Shown: in pieces, positions 63,262-64,000 of the stretch
Layout of the letters: every line of letters starts with the position of its first letter
Numbering within the stretch: the first letter of the stretch is position 1
Source: Somniosus microcephalus
Lineage: Eukaryota
Direction: 5' to 3'
Assembly (NCBI GenBank): GCA_052327205.1
Contig: CM126228.1
Location: 14,322,001-14,386,000 of the forward strand
DNA length: 64,000 nucleotides
Notes under the pieces: model-generated
Database searches by the model: none
Told to the model about the DNA's origin: nothing
Seen by the model: the letters and a program-made list of their open reading frames with translations, nothing else
Translations under genes and position numbers: made by a program

Positions 63262-64000
63262 GGGGTGATTTTCTCAATGGGAAGCTTTTGGAGGCGGGAC
63301 TCCCACTTGTCGGGTTTCAGTCCCGCCTCCATCAGCTTCTGGCCAACCAGCGGGATTTTCCCGATTGACCTTGTTAAGCCCGCCCGGCGGGCTTAGCAGG
63401 CCAATTAGGGCGAAACCGGTTGTAGAGCACGTCAACGTATGACATGCCATCTGTCAAGAATTTTTGAAAGAAGAAATGTCATCGTATGACAGCTCTGTGA
63501 AGCTGTCAAACACTGACATTCTGTGTAGTTTGATGAGGTCCTGCATACAAGGCCTCATCAACCTTCTTTCTTTTACAGAAATGAGATGTTTGTTGCATAT
63601 GAGAATGCAACGGACATCTCTCATCTGCAACACAGAGGTGCGAGACTCTCCGCATACAAACCGACTGAAGCCTGCAGGAAGAAACAAAGGTAAGTATACT
63701 TTTAATAACACTTAGGACTTACCTCAAATACTCACCACTACACTCTTGCACCCATCACTTACCTTCACACCGCACTTTTGCAGCCCCCCCCGACCCCCGC
63801 AGACTCTCTAATCGCCTCGGTGACCCTGACGGGTTTCGGAGTATTCGGGAAGCCTGCACCTGTGAGGGCAAAAACGGGATAATCCTATTTTCTGCCTGTT
63901 AACAGGCAGTTAATAGGCTTTAATCCTTTCCCGCCTCCAAGGAGACGGGACCCGGTGCGGGACGGCAACCTGCCTCTTGGGAAGGAGGGTGCCTCCATAC
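63261..64000. mobile_element. GC-rich MITE-like element (runs off the window)
   Basis: Starts GGGGGTGATTTT like the other GC-rich elements and interrupts a SINE. Confidence 0.5.
63579..63689 (+). CDS. Possible 111-nt symmetric exon
   Basis: Consensus acceptor CTTCTTTCTTTTACAG| and donor AAG|GTAAGT, with two frames open. It lies within a GC-rich repeat-like element, so it may belong to the transposon. Confidence 0.25.

Overview
Vertebrate genomic DNA, most likely a shark or other cartilaginous fish (inferred from many SacSINE1-like Deu-domain SINEs, CR1 LINEs and Penelope-type repeats). Two host features stand out. (1) A miR-9 hairpin lies on the minus strand at ~10.9 kb, inside a ~22 kb nearly transposon-free, CpG-rich domain (~9.5-31.4 kb) that probably holds its promoters and enhancers. 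(2) A spliced plus-strand gene at ~56.8-63.7 kb encodes a CARD-like death-fold domain that is not visible as any single ORF. The rest is repeat-rich: SINEs, CR1/L2 fragments, two 5'-truncated RTE-X LINEs inserted in one TC-rich minisatellite, 30-bp and 19-bp minisatellites that generate all the long spurious ORFs, and hAT- and Harbinger-like MITEs. There is also an apparently full-length ORF1-only Tx1/L1-clade element, inserted with a 17-bp TSD into the tRNA-like head of a SINE and itself interrupted by a short Penelope-like unit whose consensus forms a minimal hammerhead ribozyme. Family names come from recognised motifs, not database searches, and boundaries of old repeats are approximate.
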